Notes: a model not told the origin generated them from the letters alone. Positions 36,600 to 48,159 are shown, counted from the first letter of the whole stretch. The stretch is 63,065 nucleotides of DNA, filler included, from Octopus bimaculoides (GCF_001194135.2; 5 parts of 4 records of this genome joined end to end with filler, not necessarily neighbours in it), one strand, 5' to 3'. Numbers and translations are program-made.

Positions 36600-36790
36600 A
36601 CCTGTAAAGTCATGCCCTGTTTATCATGATGTGAAATCATCATGTTGCACGCATATGGTTGTGAAGCATGTAGTTCGTGTACTCTTACCAGACGGATAGT
36701 CATGATGGGTATACTGGGCTTCGTATATTTTACTCCAGTGTCACTTTAATGGCATGCACTGCTCTCTCCCTCAATAATAATAATTATTAC
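36600..36790 (+). mobile_element. Family E element 3' fragment with (AAT)n tail
   Basis: Reverse complement of 27950-28120; ends ctctctccctcaataataataatt. Confidence 0.8.
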
Positions 36791-36809
36791 TATTATCATT
36801 TCAATTTGT

Positions 36810-37022
36810 TGCCACAAGGGCAGCTTGGGGGAGGTGGAGATAAGTCGATTACATTGACCCCCCCCTCTCCGCCACCAGTCTTCAACTGGTCCTTATTTTA
36901 TCGACCCCAAAAGAATGAAAGGCAAAGTTGACCTCGGCGGAATTTGATCTCGGAAGGTATCGACGGGCGAAATGCCGCTAAGTATTTCGTCCAGCGTGCT
37001 AACGGTTCTGCCAACTTGCCGC

Positions 37023-37025
<3 letters not shown>
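36810..37025 (-). mobile_element. SINE family C copy followed by (CTA)n(TAA)n(GAT)n
   Basis: ggcaaagttgacctcggcggaatttga...gtgctaacggttctgccaacttgccgcc. Confidence 0.85.
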
Positions 37026-37079
<54 letters not shown>

Positions 37080-38299
37080 ATAATAATAATAATAATAATA
37101 ATAATGATGATGATGATGATGATGGTGGTGGTGATTTCTTTATTCTTCCACCAGCAACAAATGAGACAGATCAGGCAGGTTAAAAAATGTGAGGGTTTTG
37201 AAAAACAAAGAAAAAAAAAAGGAAGCTCAGTTTCAGAATGTCTCGATGAAAGATAGAAGGAAAGCATTTTACTTACATCTAGTTATGAATCACACAAACC
37301 CTGTAAAAACTTATATTTAGAATTATATATTAAAAGAGCAGAATTTCTTATAAAAAGTGAAATTCTCTGGCAATTATTTTAGATACTTTCAGCGTTAGTT
37401 AGTGTGCCAGAAGAAATGTATTGCCGAACTCTTAAAGATATCTATCGACTTACCAGTGATCGTTTGACGTCAGTTGTTTTGGTAGCCAATAAACAATCGT
37501 TACTAATCTACTGTAAATGATATATGTTTTTTTATTGGTTAGTGGAAAATTCTTCAAAAATATTACTTAGAAAAACAGTTTACTATCGACATTCTAAATA
37601 AACATCAATAACACGCCTTTGATTTACATTTAATGATTAACAACCTGAAGAAAGTTTGGCTGCTTACCAAACACTATCTTGAAAGTTATTAGAAAAAACA
37701 ATGATCCTTTTTCTTCGCTTATATTTTCTAATAACTACCTGTTAATTTTATTCATTTTAGTTTGTCAGATTTTGTGATCACATTAATTAGTCTTGGTTTA
37801 TACGTTTATACATATCACTTCATAAGCGTATTATTATTTTGGTTCTAAAGAGTTGCATGTGGATAATCAACTTCTTTAGAAAGTTATCTATTCAAGTTCC
37901 TTGAGAATCTTTTGACAAAGTCTCTCATATTTTTGATTCTCTTCTGACTATGAGCAAAGAAGTCTCATATACATAGCGTCATTAAATATAGAACTTTGAA
38001 TTTGTTAATGGAAGTTTGACACCATTTTGTATTCTGTCAGAGACTGAATATCACTTGTAATTAATTATAGTGTAAAACAATATTAAAATTTAAAGACTAC
38101 ATACATAATATAAGTTATTCAAGGAAAAAGCATCATAAACATGAAAAATATTTATGGAAGTGTAATTATAATCCCTGGACACTATTCTGTGTGCAATATT
38201 GAATTTGCCGAAGCAGATGATTATGGTGCTTACTTTACAAAAACAAGTTTTATTTGTGTGTGAGAGTGAGTGAGCGAGCGAGCGAGTGAGTGAATGTGT

Positions 38300-38348
<49 letters not shown>

Positions 38349-38789
38349 NNNNNNNNNNNNNNNNNNNNNNNNNNNNNNNNNNNNNNNNNNNNTTAATTAA
38401 TTAANNNNNNNNNNNNNNNNNNNNNNNNNNNNNNNNNNNNNNNNNNNNAACATCTTAAGGCCCCTTTCATCTTAAGACCATAGTCGTCAACCCCAACCTA
38501 TGGGATGGGGTGAGGGTAGTCGTCCCTTGCACCACTCCCTTCCAGGAACCCTCCAGTTTCACCCTCCTGTTCTTCTCCAGTTGTCTGTGTGTCCCCTATC
38601 AACAACCCGACCTTTTTCTCATCTCCTCCATCAGACACAATAACATCTTAAGGCCCCTTTCATCTTAAGACCATAGTCGTCAACCCCAACCTATGGAATG
38701 GGGTGAGGGTAGTTGTCCCTTGCACCACTCCCTTCCAGGAACCCTTCAGTTTATGAAACAACACTGTCAACCACGTAGCGGTCATACTT

Positions 38790-38857
<68 letters not shown>

Positions 38858-39440
38858 TATTATGTCCTCATGTCTCATGCCACCCTTTCGCCTTTGTACA
38901 CGGCCTTAGGCTCAATTCAGATGGTCATATGTAGCTGCTGGAGACTGTGCACAATCCCTGGCTGGAGAAGGTGGCTGCTGCAAGGCCATATGTGTCATAG
39001 CAGGATTCAGGTCCTTGTCATACTTCCGGGTTTGTCAGAGAATTTCTACGACTTCACCAACCCCGATTTCTCCCCTCTTCATTCTTGTCATTGTGATCCC
39101 TTGGGTTATTTATGTTGGGTACGGTTGAGAAAGACCCCAACCACTCTGCTTGCAATATCAAGGCTAAGCTGGGACCCAAGAGCAAGGAGGTTGCTGCTGG
39201 GAGACCATATGTGTGGCAGCAGGATTGGGGCCCTTGCCATTACTTCCAGCTCCAATTCCTCTGATTGTAATCCCATAGATTATTTGTGTAGGGTACAGTT
39301 GAGAAAGGCACCTACTGCTTTGCCTGCAACATCAAGGCCAAGCTAGTGGCCAACATTAAGGAGATATTCAATCATCTTCCCAGGGATCCAAAGTGATGAA
39401 TGCATGCAACAGATTCTGAAGCCATATTGAGGCCTTGGTT

Positions 39441-39826
39441 GTGGAGGCGCAATGGCCCATTGGTTAGGGCAGTGGACTTGCGGTCATAGGATCGTGGTTT
39501 CGATTCCCAGAACGGGCGTTGTGAGTGTTTATTGAGCGAAAACACCTAAAAATATCCACGAGGCTCCGGCAGGGGATGGTGGCGAACCCTGCTGTACTCT
39601 TCCACCACAACTTTCTCTCACTCTTACTTACTGTTTCTGTTGTGCCTGTAATTCAAAGGGGCCAGCTTTGTCACACTCTGTGTCACGCTGAATATCCCCG
39701 AGAACTACGTTAAGGGTACACGTGTCTGTGGAGTGCTCAGCCACTTGCACGTTAATTTCACGAGCAGGCTGTTCCGTTGATCGGATCAACTGGAACCCTC
39801 GTCGTCGAAAGTGACGGAGTGCCAAC
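39441..39826 (+). mobile_element. tRNA-derived SINE family A, full length with 15-bp TSD
   Basis: TSD tattgaggccttggt at 39425-39439 and 39827-39841. A box tggcccattgg, B box ggtttcgattcc. Confidence 0.92.
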
Positions 39827-39883
39827 TATTGAGGCCTTGGTGGAAGCCGAGAGCAGCTACCTTGNNNNNNNNNNNNNNNNNNN

Positions 39884-40270
39884 NGTGGAGGCGCAATGGC
39901 CCATTGGTTAGGGCAGTGGACTTGCGGTCATAGGATCGTGGTTTCGATTCCCAGAACGGGCGTTGTGAGTGTTTATTGAGCGAAAACACCTAAAAATATC
40001 CACGAGGCTCCGGCAGGGGATGGTGGCGAACCCTGCTGTACTCTTCCACCACAACTTTCTCTCACTCTTACTTACTGTTTCTGTTGTGCCTGTAATTCAA
40101 AGGGGCCAGCTTTGTCACACTCTGTGTCACGCTGAATATCCCCGAGAACTACGTTAAGGGTACACGTGTCTGTGGAGTGCTCAGCCACTTGCACGTTAAT
40201 TTCACGAGCAGGCTGTTCCGTTGATCGGATCAACTGGAACCCTCGTCGTCGAAAGTGACGGAGTGCCAAC
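39884..40270 (+). mobile_element. Apparently identical second copy of SINE A (probable assembly duplication)
   Basis: 39884-40307 repeats 39441-39864, including the flank, across a 19-N gap. Confidence 0.6.
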
Positions 40271-40709
40271 TATTGAGGCCTTGGTGGAAGCCGAGAGCAG
40301 CTACCTTGAGTAAACTGTTATTTCCCAGCCAAAATCTAGTTCCTTGGTTCCCAAACTATTTCAACCGCCATCCCCTTGGCATCCAGGCCACATTCCTAGC
40401 GCTGCTCCCCCACCTCACTCACCACCACCACCAGATTCACCTCTTTCCACAGCAAATTCAAAGCAACTGTATTTCACAAACAAAACTTAACCTAATTAAA
40501 CCATTATTTTGTTGTTTTTATATCCATTGCCTCCTTTTGGTCATCCCATTATTGCCCCACTTTTCTGCAAGTCCCCCCTAGATCTTTCCACCGCTCCCAG
40601 TTTGTGTGTGTGTGGAGATGGGTGGGGAGTACCACTGAAATAGTTGGTAATTCATGATTTTTGAAAATACTTTTATTTTTGGCTTGGATATTATCGTTTT
40701 TATGCAAAC

Positions 40710-40910
40710 TGTGAAGGAGTGGCTGTATGGGGTAAGTAGCTTGCTTACCAACCACATGGTTCCGGGTTCATTACCACTGCGTGGCAACTTGGGCAAGTGT
40801 TTTCTACTATAGCCTCAAGCCGACCAAAGCCTTGTGAGTGGATTTGGTAGACGGAAACTGAAAGAAGCCTGTTGTGTATATGTATATATATATATATATG
40901 TGTGTGTGTG
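40710..40910 (+). mobile_element. SINE family B 5' half ending in (TA)n(TG)n at a gap
   Basis: gaaggagtggctgtatggggtaagtagc...gacggaaactgaaagaagcctgttgtgtata. Confidence 0.88.
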
Positions 40911-41348
40911 NNNNNNNNNNNNNNNNNNNNNNNNNNNNNNNNNNNNNNNNNNNNNNNNNNNNNNNNNNNNNNNNNNNNNNNNNNNNNNNNNNNNNNNNNN
41001 NNNNNNNNNNNNNNNNNNNNNNNNNNNNNNNNNNNNNNNNNNNNNNNNNNNNNNNNNNNNNNNNNNNNNNNNNNNNNNNNNNNNNNNNNNNNNNNNNNNN
41101 NNNNNNNNNNNNNNNNNNNNNNNNNNNNNNNNNNNNNNNNNNNNNNNNNNNNNNNNNNNNNNNNNNNNNNNNNNNNNNNNNNNNNNNNNNNNNNNNNNNN
41201 NNNNNNNNNNNNNNNNNNNNNNNNNNNNNNNNNNNNNNNNNNNNNNNNNNNNNNNNNNNNNNNNNNNNNNNNNNNNNNNNNNNNNNNNNNNNNNNNNNNN
41301 NNNNNNNNNNNNNNNNNNNNNNNNNNNNNNNNNNNNNNNNNNNNNNNA

Positions 41349-41585
41349 CAACTTTCTCTCACCACAACTTTCTCTCACTCTTTCTTCCTGTTTCTGTTTG
41401 TGCCTGTAATTCAAAGGGTCAGCCTTGTTACACTCTGTGTCACGCTGAATCTCCCCAAGAACTACGTTAAGGGTACATGTGTCTGTGGAGTGCTCAGCCA
41501 CTTGCACGTTAATTTCACGAGCAGGCTGTTCCGTTGATCGGATCAACTGGAACCCTCGTCGTCGTAAGCGACGGAGTGCCAGCAA
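41349..41585 (+). mobile_element. SINE family A 3' body
   Basis: caccacaactttctctcactc...gttgatcggatcaactggaaccctcgtcgtcgtaagcgacggagtgcc. Confidence 0.9.
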
Positions 41586-41944
41586 CCCCCATCAAGAATT
41601 TTGCAGTTTATGAAGTGACTTCATTAACCACACAGCAGTCATATTCCTTTTTATCATGTTGCCATGCCTCTCGTTAGTTCTCTCAGAAGATACAATATTC
41701 ATTAACGCTTCAGGAATAATTAATAACAATGTATGGCAATGTCTCCTCACGTTTGTCTTTTGGGATTTCTTTATTGTTCTTCTAAAATCAATAAACATGA
41801 TTGGGAAGCAGACCACTTTTATATACACTTCCTCCTCACTGGCCACTTTGTACATACATGCACACATATACATGCATACATATCTATGTACATGATATAT
41901 ATACATGTATTGACATACATAATTTGCCACTGGCATATATGCAT

Positions 41945-42135
41945 ATATCATCGTTTAACATCTGCTTTCCATGCTAGCATGTGTTGGACGATTTGACTGA
42001 GGACTGGTGAACCAGATGGCTACACCAGGCTCCAATCTGATTTGGTAGTTTCTACAGCTGGATACCCTTCCTAATGCCAACCACTCCGAGAGTGTAGTGG
42101 GTGCTTTTACGTGCCACCCGCACGAGGGCCAGTCA
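41945..42135 (-). mobile_element. Repeat family D (3' end with GAT-type tail; RTE-like 3' end or SINE)
   Basis: Near-exact reverse complement of 44380-44556. Confidence 0.8.
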
Positions 42136-42368
42136 GGCGGCGAGCTGGCAGAAACGTTAGCACGCCGGGCGCAATGCTTCGCGGTATTTCGTCTGCCACT
42201 GCGTTCTGAGTTCAAATTCCGCCGAGGTCGACTTTGCCCTTCATCCTTTCGGGGTCGATAAATTAAGTACCAGTTACGCACTGGGGTCGATATAATCGAC
42301 TTAATCCGTTTGTCTGTCCTTGTTTGTCCCCTCTGTGTGTAGCCCCTTGTGGGCAGTAAAGAAATAGG
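42136..42368 (+). mobile_element. SINE family C, full length
   Basis: ggcggcgagctggcagaaacgttagcacgccgggc...gccccttgtgggcagtaaagaaatagg. Confidence 0.92.
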
Positions 42369-43548
42369 TACTGGCAACGGCCACGCTCGAAATGGTGTAT
42401 TTTACATGCTACCTGCATATATATACATTTATACACAAACATACACACACACGCACAAATGCATATACTGTGTGTGTTTCTCTATGAACATATGTATGTG
42501 TATGTGTGTACATATACATATATCTTTTGACAAAATATACATACATATATACATATATATAGTTCCAATTTACAGAAAAACAAACGGTGAAGATTGGTGT
42601 AGGAATAACATTATAGAAAAGAGGGTTTATTTTTACCCTCATAGCATTTTTTGATAAATAAAGTTATTGTAATTATATATCTGTTTTTTATAAACATAAA
42701 TCTGTCCTCAAATATCTTACACGCCCTGTATATGTATGTATATATATATATANNNNNNNNNNNNNNNNNNNNNNNNNNNNNNNNNNNNNNNNNNNNNNNN
42801 NNNNNNNNNNNNNNNNNNNNNNNNNNNNNNNNNNNNNNNNNNNNNNNNNNNNNNNNNNNNNNNNNNNNNNNNNNNNNNNNNNNNNNNNNNNNNNNNNNNN
42901 NNNNNNNNNNNNNNNNNNNNNNNNNNNNNNNNNNNNNNNNNNNNNNNNNNNNNNNNNNNNNNNNNNNNNNNNNNNNNNNNNNNNNNNNNNNNNNNNNNNN
43001 NNNNNNNNNNNNNNNNNNNNNNNNNNNNNNNNNNNNNNNNNNNNNNNNNNNNNNNNNNNNNNNNNNNNNNNNNNNNNNNNNNNNNNNNNNNNNNNNNNNN
43101 NNNNNNNNNNNNNNNNNNNNNNNNNNNNNNNNNNNNNNNNNNNNNNNNNNNNNNNNNNNNNNNNNNNNNNNNNNNNNNNNNNNNNNNNNNNNNNNNNNNN
43201 NNNNNNNNNNNNNNNNNNNNNNNNNNNNNNNNNNNNNNNNNNNNNNNNNNNNNNNNNNNNNNNNNNNNNNNNNNNNNNNNNNNNNNNNNNNNNNNNNNNN
43301 NNNNNNNNNNNNNNNNNNNNNNNNNNNNNNNNNNNNNNNNNNNNNNNNNNNNNNNNNNNNNNNNNNNNNNNNNNNNNNNNNNNNNNNNNNNNNNNNNNNN
43401 NNNNNNNNNNNNNNNNNNNNNNNNNNNNNNNNNNNNNNNNNNNNNNNNNNNNNNNNNNNNNNNNNNNNNNNNNNNNNNNNNNNNNNNNNNNNNNNNNNNN
43501 NNNNNNNNNNNNNNNNNNNNNNNNNNNNNNNNNNNNNNNNNNNNNNNN

Positions 43549-43640
43549 GAATAAGTCCTGGGGTCGATTTCCTCGACTAAAGGCGGTGCTCCAGCATGGC
43601 CGCAGTCAAATGACTGAAACAAGTAAAAGAGTAAAAGAGT
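43549..43640 (+). mobile_element. SINE family B 3' end
   Basis: aagtcctggggtcgatt...aatgactgaaacaagtaaaagagtaaaagag. Confidence 0.85.
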
Positions 43641-44059
43641 ATATATATATATATATATATATACATACATACATACATATAGATAGATAGATAGATAGAT
43701 AGATAGGTAGATAGATATCAATTAGCAAGAAAGAAACCCCCAATAATGAGGTGTTTTTCAAACTCAACCCCCTGAGACGTTTGTTCTGCCCTTGCACCAC
43801 CACTGCATCCCTGAACCAGCTCTCGGTTTACAAACCACATCTCCTAACCACCCGGTTATGCCTGTTCCAATAACACAAATAAATGAATAACACAAATAGA
43901 TAAATAATTAAATATCATACTGACATATATCGTTAGCAACTAATTACAGCCTGCAGTGACCTTCTGTAATTAGCTGGAGATTTGTGAAACTTAATTCTCT
44001 GGAATGGTTTCTTAATGTCTGCCAGAAGTGTGTACTTAGTTACTTGATGACACCCCACT

Positions 44060-44320
44060 TCACATCTCTCTCTCTCTCCTCCTCTCTATCTTTCCTTTTT
44101 CTCTCACTCTTTCTCTATCTCTCTGTCCTCTCTCTCTCTCTATCTACTCCTCTCTCTGTCTACCCTCTCTCTCTCTCTATCTACCTCTTTCTCCCTCTTC
44201 TCTCTCTATATTTCACTCTATCTTTCTATTTTGTTCTTCTCTATCACTCTTTCTTCTCTCTCCCTCCTCTCTCTTGTCTCTCTCTTCTCTCTCTTTTCTT
44301 TTACCTCTTTTTCTATCCCC

Positions 44321-44381
<61 letters not shown>

Positions 44382-44730
44382 CACCCACTACACTCTCTGA
44401 GTGGTTGGCGTTAGGAAGGGCATCCAGCTGTAGAAACTCTGCCAAATCAGATTGGAGCCTGGTGTAGCCATCTGGTTCACCAGTCCTCAGTCAAATCGTC
44501 CAACCCATGCTAGCATGGAAAGCGGACGTTAAACGACGACGATGATGATGATGATGATTTCTACCTCTCTCTATCTCGCTCTGTATCTTTTTATCTCTCT
44601 TCTCTCTATCTCTCATTCTTCTCTCCCTATCTTTCTACATCTCCCTACCTCTCTGCTCCTTTCTCTCTCCCTTCCATTTCTCTCCTCTCTCTCCCTCTCT
44701 CTTCTCTCTCCTCATCTTCTCTCTCTCCAT
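44060..44730. repeat. CT-rich low-complexity tract split by a family D copy
   Basis: Direct reading. Confidence 0.85.
44380..44556 (+). mobile_element. Repeat family D with (GAC/GAT)n tail
   Basis: cacccactacactctctgagtggttggcgttaggaagggcatccagc...catgctagcatggaaagcggacgttaaacgacgacgatgatg. Confidence 0.85.
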
Positions 44731-44879
44731 CTGAGGTAGCCATGTATCTCCTCTACCGCAAGGCACCCGTTTCTGTCCCCCTACTCATAGTTTAACCCCT
44801 TATCACCTGGCACACAGCTACCTCCTTTAATACTCCTTCCCCACTCAGCTGAAGGGTCTTGTCTTGTCCTGCAAGCTAC

Positions 44880-45070
44880 ATGGCAACCTTACCAGTGCTG
44901 GTGCCATATAAAAAAGGCACCCAGTACACTCTATAAAGTGGTTGGTGTTAGGAACGGCATCCAGCTATAGAAACTGTGCTAAAGGAAAGAATGGAGCTCA
45001 GTGTGGTTTTCTGGATTGCCATCATCTGTCTAACCATCTGACCCATGCCAACATAGAAGGAGGACATTCA
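44880..45070 (+). mobile_element. Diverged family D-like copy
   Basis: cacccagtacactctataaagtggttggtgttaggaacggcatccagctatagaaac...acccatgccaacatagaa. Confidence 0.65.
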
Positions 45071-46309
45071 ATAGTGTTAATGATGGGGTCTCTACCCCAT
45101 TGTATTTATGTAACATTGTTCATTTTTTTTTCCGTCCTCGTTTTTATATACATTCGCTGCTATCTTCCAAGGAATCTAATGCTCTTAGCTTAGTTTTATC
45201 TAATATGTATAATATAATGCATCTAATGATAATATATAGACATTTATGTATGTACATTTAAATGTACATACATCAATGTCTATATATGCACACAAAGGAA
45301 TCAATTATTATTATTATTATTATTATTNNNNNNNNNNNNNNNNNNNNNNNNNNNNNNNNNNNNNNNNNNNNNNNNNNNNNNNNNNNNNNNNNNNNNNNNN
45401 NNNNNNNNNNNNNNNNNNNNNNNNNNNNNNNNNNNNNNNNNNNNNNNNNNNNNNNNNNNNNNNNNNNNNNNNNNNNNNNNNNNNNNNNNNNNNNNNNNNN
45501 NNNNNNNNNNNNNNNNNNNNNNNNNNNNNNNNNNNNNNNNNNNNNNNNNNNNNNNNNNNNNNNNNNNNNNNNNNNNNNNNNNNNNNNNNNNNNNNNNNNN
45601 NNNNNNNNNNNNNNNNNNNNNNNNNNNNNNNNNNNNNNNNNNNNNNNNNNNNNNNNNNNNNNNNNNNNNNNNNNNNNNNNNNNNNNNNNNNNNNNNNNNN
45701 NNNNNNNNNNNNNNNNNNNNNNNNNNNNNNNNNNNNNNNNNNNNNNNNNNNNNNNNNNNNNNNNNNNNNNNNNNNNNNNNNNNNNNNNNNNNNNNNNNNN
45801 NNNNNNNNNNNNNNNNNNNNNNNNNNNNNNNNNNNNNNNNNNNNNNNNNNNNNNNNNNNNNNNNNNNNNNNNNNNNNNNNNNNNNNNNNNNNNNNNNNNN
45901 NNNNNNNNNNNNNNNNNNNNNNNNNNNNNNNNNNNNNNNNNNNNNNNNNNNNNNNNNNNNNNNNNNNNNNNNNNNNNNNNNNNNNNNNNNNNNNNNNNNN
46001 NNNNNNNNNNNNNNNNNNNNNNNNNNNNNNNNNNNNNNNNNNNNNNNNNNNNNNNNNNNNNNNNNNNNNNNNNNNNNNNNNNNNNNNNNNNNNNNNNNNN
46101 NNNNNNNNNNNNNNNNNNNNNNNNNNNNNNNNNNNNNNNNNNNNNNNNNNNNNNNNNNNNNNNNNNNNNNNNNNNNNNNNNNNNNNNNNNNNNNNNNNNN
46201 NNNNNNNNNNNNNNNNNNNNNNNNNNNNNNNNNNNNNNNNNNNNNNNNNNNNNNNNNNNNNNNNNNNNNNNNNNNNNNNNNNNNNNNNNNNNNNNNNNNN
46301 NNNNNNNNN

Positions 46310-46415
46310 AAATCTGACTTTCAAAAAAAAAAATAATAATCTGACTTTTAAAAAAAGATCTGACTTTAAAATAAAGAAATCTGACTTAAAAAAAAAAAAA
46401 ATCTGACTTTCAAAT
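46310..46415. repeat. AATCTGACTTT plus A-tract minisatellite emerging from a gap
   Basis: Five units of (a)atctgactt separated by A runs. Confidence 0.8.
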
Positions 46416-46804
46416 GTTGAAAGACTCCCGAACGCATGAATGAGGATATTCAATCATTGTGGTTGAATCATATATATTTGTACACATCAGCATAGATCAT
46501 GCGTGTAGAGGCATAAAGATTCTCCAAAGGTATAAAGAATAAAACCAAACGTAGAGAAAAACAGAGAAGAAATATGGACACTAAACCCATCTTTGGACAC
46601 TAAACTCCGCTTGCGAAGACCTGTTGAGGCAAGTGAAATCGAAACCGAACTAAATTCGACGACTGGCACCCATGCCAACGTCGTCTCCTTCATTGGACAC
46701 GAAANNNNNNNNNNNNNNNNNNNNNNNNNNNNNNNNNNNNNNNNNNNNTTAATTAATTAANNNNNNNNNNNNNNNNNNNNNNNNNNNNNNNNNNNNNNNN
46801 NNNN

Positions 46805-47150
46805 TACACTTTCAGCGCACCTACCGCCACTACTAACTTGGTCACCCAGATAGCGGAAGCTATGAACTACCTCTAGTTTTTCTCCCTGGAATGAGACAGA
46901 AGTTGTTTCCTGTTTGTTTACAGTGTTTATTGCACCTGAACATCTGCCACATACAAAAACTAAATTCCTAGTTAACCTGCCTTTGATATTGCTGCACCTC
47001 TTATGTGTCCATACCTTGCACTGGGTACATCTTATAGAGTTACTACCTACTCCTTTTCTACATATTGAGCAGGGCCATCTACCTGAAGGGGTTTGTGTTT
47101 TATCTACCTTCCTACTTATTTTAGCTAAATCTGATATTCTGGACACTTTA
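46805..47150 (-). mobile_element. RTE-clade LINE ORF2 fragment with C4HC3 PHD finger
   Basis: WPCSICRKGVGSNSIRCTQCKVWTHKRCSNI...FVCGRC followed by EKLEVVHSFRYLGDQVSSGG. Confidence 0.85.
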
Positions 47151-47230
47151 ATATATTAGGAATCTAAGTTACACCAGATGGACTATATATGCATATAGAA
47201 TCCTACAGACATCAGGAAACATCTACAGGT

Positions 47231-48159
47231 GGGTACGAATTTCTTTTTTGTTGATCAGAGTAAATTTCAATACATTTACCCACATGATTTTCACTAAGAA
47301 AATAGCTTAGATTTTTTGCGTGGAATCAAGTGCCCTGACCTCCTAATATGCTGCAGATCCCTTATTTTTGTTCAGAAAAGTGGTTGGGGGTGGGCATCCC
47401 GAATCAATGGAAATTTTTTTTTTTCCGTTGAATGAATTATAATGATCTCCTAATATGCAACAAACCCCAATATTTTGATCCGGGAAACAAAGAAAGTGGG
47501 GGAAGAACCCGCGGAAATTTCACCCCCGCCATTTTCAAATATTCTTTGCTGTGTTTTTCTTTACCCATATTTTTAGATAACATTTCGCAGAAATACATAT
47601 GAGAGATTTGTTTTTCAAATCTATTCTGCAATCTGGAATTATTATATATTATCACGGATATAATTATCCAGTGATTTTAAGAGGTATGAAAAAGATATTT
47701 TGTTTAATATTATACTTTTACTTGTTCCACACACATACACAACTTCTTATGTGTTTTCCTAGATGACTTCTTTATCATTCTTTCTCTCTCCACAGACTTC
47801 GTTACCACTAACTTCTATAACCTCTGCATTTTCACTTATTCTTTTCAGTATTCTTTTCAAACTAGTTTGGATATTCAATCTAATGTAATCCACACTATCT
47901 TGAAAACGTATTTCTGCAATATGTCGTCTAAAATTATGGGTAAAGAAAGAAACAGCAAAAAAATTTGAAAATGGGGTGGGGGTCCGAGGGTTCTCAACAC
48001 TCCCCTCCTCCACCCCGTTTTCCGGACTAAAAAAAAAGGTAATTCATTCAACGGAAAAAAAAAAAATTCCCAATGATTCCGGGATTCCACTTTTTTTCCG
48101 AACAAAAATAAGGGATTTGTGGTTAAAAATATCGAAATTTACCGATTTAAATTCGTCCC
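47231..48159. mobile_element. Non-autonomous element with long imperfect terminal inverted repeats
   Basis: Three colinear inverted blocks: gggtacgaattt..gtaaatttcaatac; atcccttatttttgttcagaaaa; ttttttccgttgaatgaatta. Their reverse complements lie at 48037-48159. Confidence 0.7.

Larger units (their letters stand above)
38950..40330 (+). mobile_element. maT/Tc1-like transposase C-terminal remnant (catalytic segment present twice), interrupted by SINE A
   Basis: KVAAARPYVS*QDSGPCHTS...NFYDFTNPDF and VAAGRPYVWQQD...NSSDCNPIDY...; the end (IEALVEAESSYLE*) is split by the SINE. Confidence 0.75.

Noticed and set aside
38693-39346. 217-aa His-rich ORF
   Set aside because: A (CAT)n microsatellite fused to out-of-frame transposase remnants.
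39441-39520. tRNA gene-like sequence (also 2561 and the B/C heads)
   Set aside because: A and B boxes are present, but there is no complete cloverleaf or clear anticodon and they run into SINE bodies.
39884-40307. Apparent tandem SINE-plus-flank dimer
   Set aside because: It appears identical to 39441-39864, including unique flank, across a 19-N gap. Most likely unmerged overlapping contig ends; long reads would settle it.
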